Source: Octopus sinensis (lineage: Eukaryota). Taken from it: a DNA stretch of 64,000 nt. Position numbers and translations under genes: made by a program. The stretch lies in assembly GCF_006345805.1 (NCBI RefSeq), contig NC_043005.1, positions 3,658,001 through 3,722,000 of the forward strand, written 5' to 3'. The notes under the pieces are model-generated. The model was not told where the DNA came from. It was given only the letters and a program-made list of their open reading frames with translations, and searched no databases. Positions 61,980 through 64,000 of the stretch are shown here, one piece after another (position 1 is the first letter of the stretch; every line of letters begins with the position of its first letter).

Positions 61980-62708
61980 TTTCTCTCTGAAAAGTGACAA
62001 AAGATATGCGGCCCATATGACATCAGGACGGTATTCAAGAGTAATACAACACTTCGCAAATATCTCCTTCGAGTAAAACCATCAATAGAAGAGAATATGA
62101 CCAAGAACTGCTTGTATTCCATCCCATGCAGCTGTGGTAGGTTATACAAGGGTGAAACATGCTGTCCCCTCAAAATAAGGGTAGATGAACATCGCAAAGC
62201 TGTGACACGTGGAGATATTGATAAATCGGGTATAGCTGATCATGTATGGAAAACTGGAGACCACCTCCCCCTGTAGGATGAAGTTAAAAAAATAGACAGA
62301 GAACACCACTGGAAAATACGGAAACTAAAAGAAGCAGCACATATGCTAGGACACAACAACCTCCTAAGTAGACCCAAGTGCAGATATGAGTAGCATATGG
62401 GAACCAGTATTAAGGAAGGATAGGAAAATATTAGATTTATAAGCCCTAAAATTCACTCCATAATTGCCCACAGGCATATAGCTTAGTGGTTAAGAGTGCA
62501 GGTTACTAACCCCAAGATCCCGAGTTTGATTCCAGGCAGTGACCTGAGTAATAATAATAATAGTAACATCGAAAAATACCTTAGGAATGAGAACCCAGGT
62601 TCGAAATTTCCTCAAGACACTTGATGAAGGCTGGAGGGTATATCAGCCAAAACATGTTAACAACAAACACGATGTAAATAATTCCTCATCTCTTAAATAT
62701 AGAACTGT
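61980..62708 (+). mobile_element. 5'-truncated Penelope-like element (GIY-YIG endonuclease + pseudo-LTR)
   Basis: Frame from 61983 reads IRTVFKSNTTLRKYL...NCLYSIPCSCGRLYKGETCCPLKIRVDEHRKA...SGIADHVW...KLKEAAHM. The apparent 13-bp TSD AGAAGTAGTATTA is at 61967-61979 and 62709-62721. Confidence 0.92.
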
Positions 62709-62934
62709 AGAAGTAGTATTAGTTTAAAATAGCCATCTGTGTATTATACTTAATGCAGATATATCTTGGAAAGCCTAATTAACTGTGTTGTTCATCCAGG
62801 GATAATATCGCGTATCAATGTACAGTGTTGAATAACACAAAGCAGTGTTATGAAGAGCAGTGCTGGTACTGCTAGTCCTGGCATTTGGTCCTCAAACTAG
62901 GAACCTTGTGTAGAGTGTGGTTGTCTCAAAAAGA

Positions 62935-63275
62935 AATTGTGTTGAGGAAGATGAAAGCTTTTTGAAAACATTCATAACAGGCGATGACTCCTGGGTCTGT
63001 GACTATGACCCTGAAACCAAGGCAAAATTCAAATCCCAATTGTAAGGAGCAACATTTCAAAACTTTGAGGAAATCCAAGAAAATCCAACGAGGTTGTTGC
63101 TTGCTATTCTCAAAAAGGAGTCCCAGGAAAGCTTTCCTCAATGGAAACAATGCTGGATAAAGTGTGTGGCTTGAGAAGGAGGGGGACTACTTGAAAGGAG
63201 GTTAAATGCCAAATTGGAATGTGTTGCAGTTTTGTTTTTAAAGCACCACTCCTGGTAGTTTTTAATCAGACCTCG
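62935..63275 (+). mobile_element. Mariner 3' fragment (internally deleted) with 3' TIR
   Basis: Reads NCVEEDESFLKTFITGDDSWVCDYDPETK, then the C-terminal FEEIQE...FPQWKQCWIKCV. It ends TTTTAATCAGACCTCG|TA, similar to the terminus of the 47500 element. Confidence 0.8.
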
Positions 63276-63857
63276 TATAGAAGTGTCTGTCTATTAAATG
63301 TAGTTGAGAAGGTCATCGTATGCAGTTTCATTTTTAATTGGTCTGTTTGAGGAGGAGGTGGAGGAGGAGGAGAGAATGTTGCTCTCTTTGATAGAAATAC
63401 AGAAACAACTTGATGGGGTTAATGAGTGAAATTATATATCCAGTTTAAATTACTGCTGATGAATAACGGGAGAAAATGAGGTGGCAAGCTGACCGAATCG
63501 TCAGCATACTGGGCAAAATGTTCACAAGGCATTTCACCAATCTCTGCATTCTGAGTTCAAATTCTGGCGAGGTGGACTTTGCCGTTCGTCCTTTCAGGCT
63601 TGATAAAATAAGTACCAGTTTCGTGCTGGGGTTGATGTAATCAACTTCTCTCCTCCTCGAAATTGCCGGCCTTGTGCCGAAATTTTAAACCAATAATTGG
63701 AGAAAATGGACAATAAAGGAGTTTCAGAAAAACAGTAAGATGGGTTGGACAGTGTTTAGGGTTTAGTGTAAATGATGAAATACAGGGGAGAGGGAACAAA
63801 GGAGGAGGAGGCAGCAAGGGTACAGGGGGGAGGTTATTGTTTAGCTCCAGGTCATCT

Positions 63858-64000
63858 TTAACCCTTTTGCACGTAGATTACTCAGTCAAATGTAATGCTT
63901 ATTTATTTCAAATTGTTCTGAATTAATCATGCATTATCTTGTAGCTTGAGGTTATTTTCAAATGGCATTGTAGGATAGGTGTGAGAGGCTGGATCTGGCC
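63858..64000 (+). mobile_element. TTAA-CCC-ended (piggyBac-like) MITE family, running off the window end
   Basis: TTAACCCTTTT start. The body matches 4870-5095 and the reverse complement of 22258-22435. Confidence 0.5.

Noticed and set aside
61681-62860. Diverged ~100-bp direct repeats (61681 and 62757) around the Penelope copy, taken as LTRs
   Set aside because: They lie well outside the apparent TSD and are far more diverged than the PLE, so an older local duplication is more likely.

Overview
This is AT-rich, microsatellite-dense animal genomic DNA dominated by transposable elements. The SINE and RTE families look like octopus (coleoid cephalopod) repeats; this is an inference from recalled sequences and no database search was run. 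Only one host coding segment is confidently recognisable: the first coding exon of RNF11 on the minus strand (41495-41388, MGNCLKTPNADDISLL...PPPPYQ followed by a GT donor). Its downstream RING-domain exons were not found, so bases 1-41387 are probably a very long first intron and bases above about 43000 are upstream sequence. The rest is a mosaic of three or four SINE families, LINE fragments of several clades (CR1, RTE, BovB-like RTE, and probable HERO-, Vingi- and Tx1-like pieces), Penelope-like elements, three mariner remnants, several foldback/MITE elements, and a 100-N gap (6893-6992). Nearly all ORFs in the supplied track are spurious translations of repeats. The most notable observations are: (1) a Penelope pseudo-LTR carrying a tRNA-like Pol III head upstream of a minimal dimer-type hammerhead ribozyme, with an inversion breakpoint almost at the predicted cleavage site; (2) SINE dimers sharing one GGTAT junction, two of them enclosed by a single TSD; (3) eight same-strand TGTTTAC forkhead-type motifs just inside RNF11 intron 1; (4) a mariner whose 3' end has been replaced by an inverted copy of its 5' end. 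No CRISPR array, rRNA or intact tRNA gene was seen.
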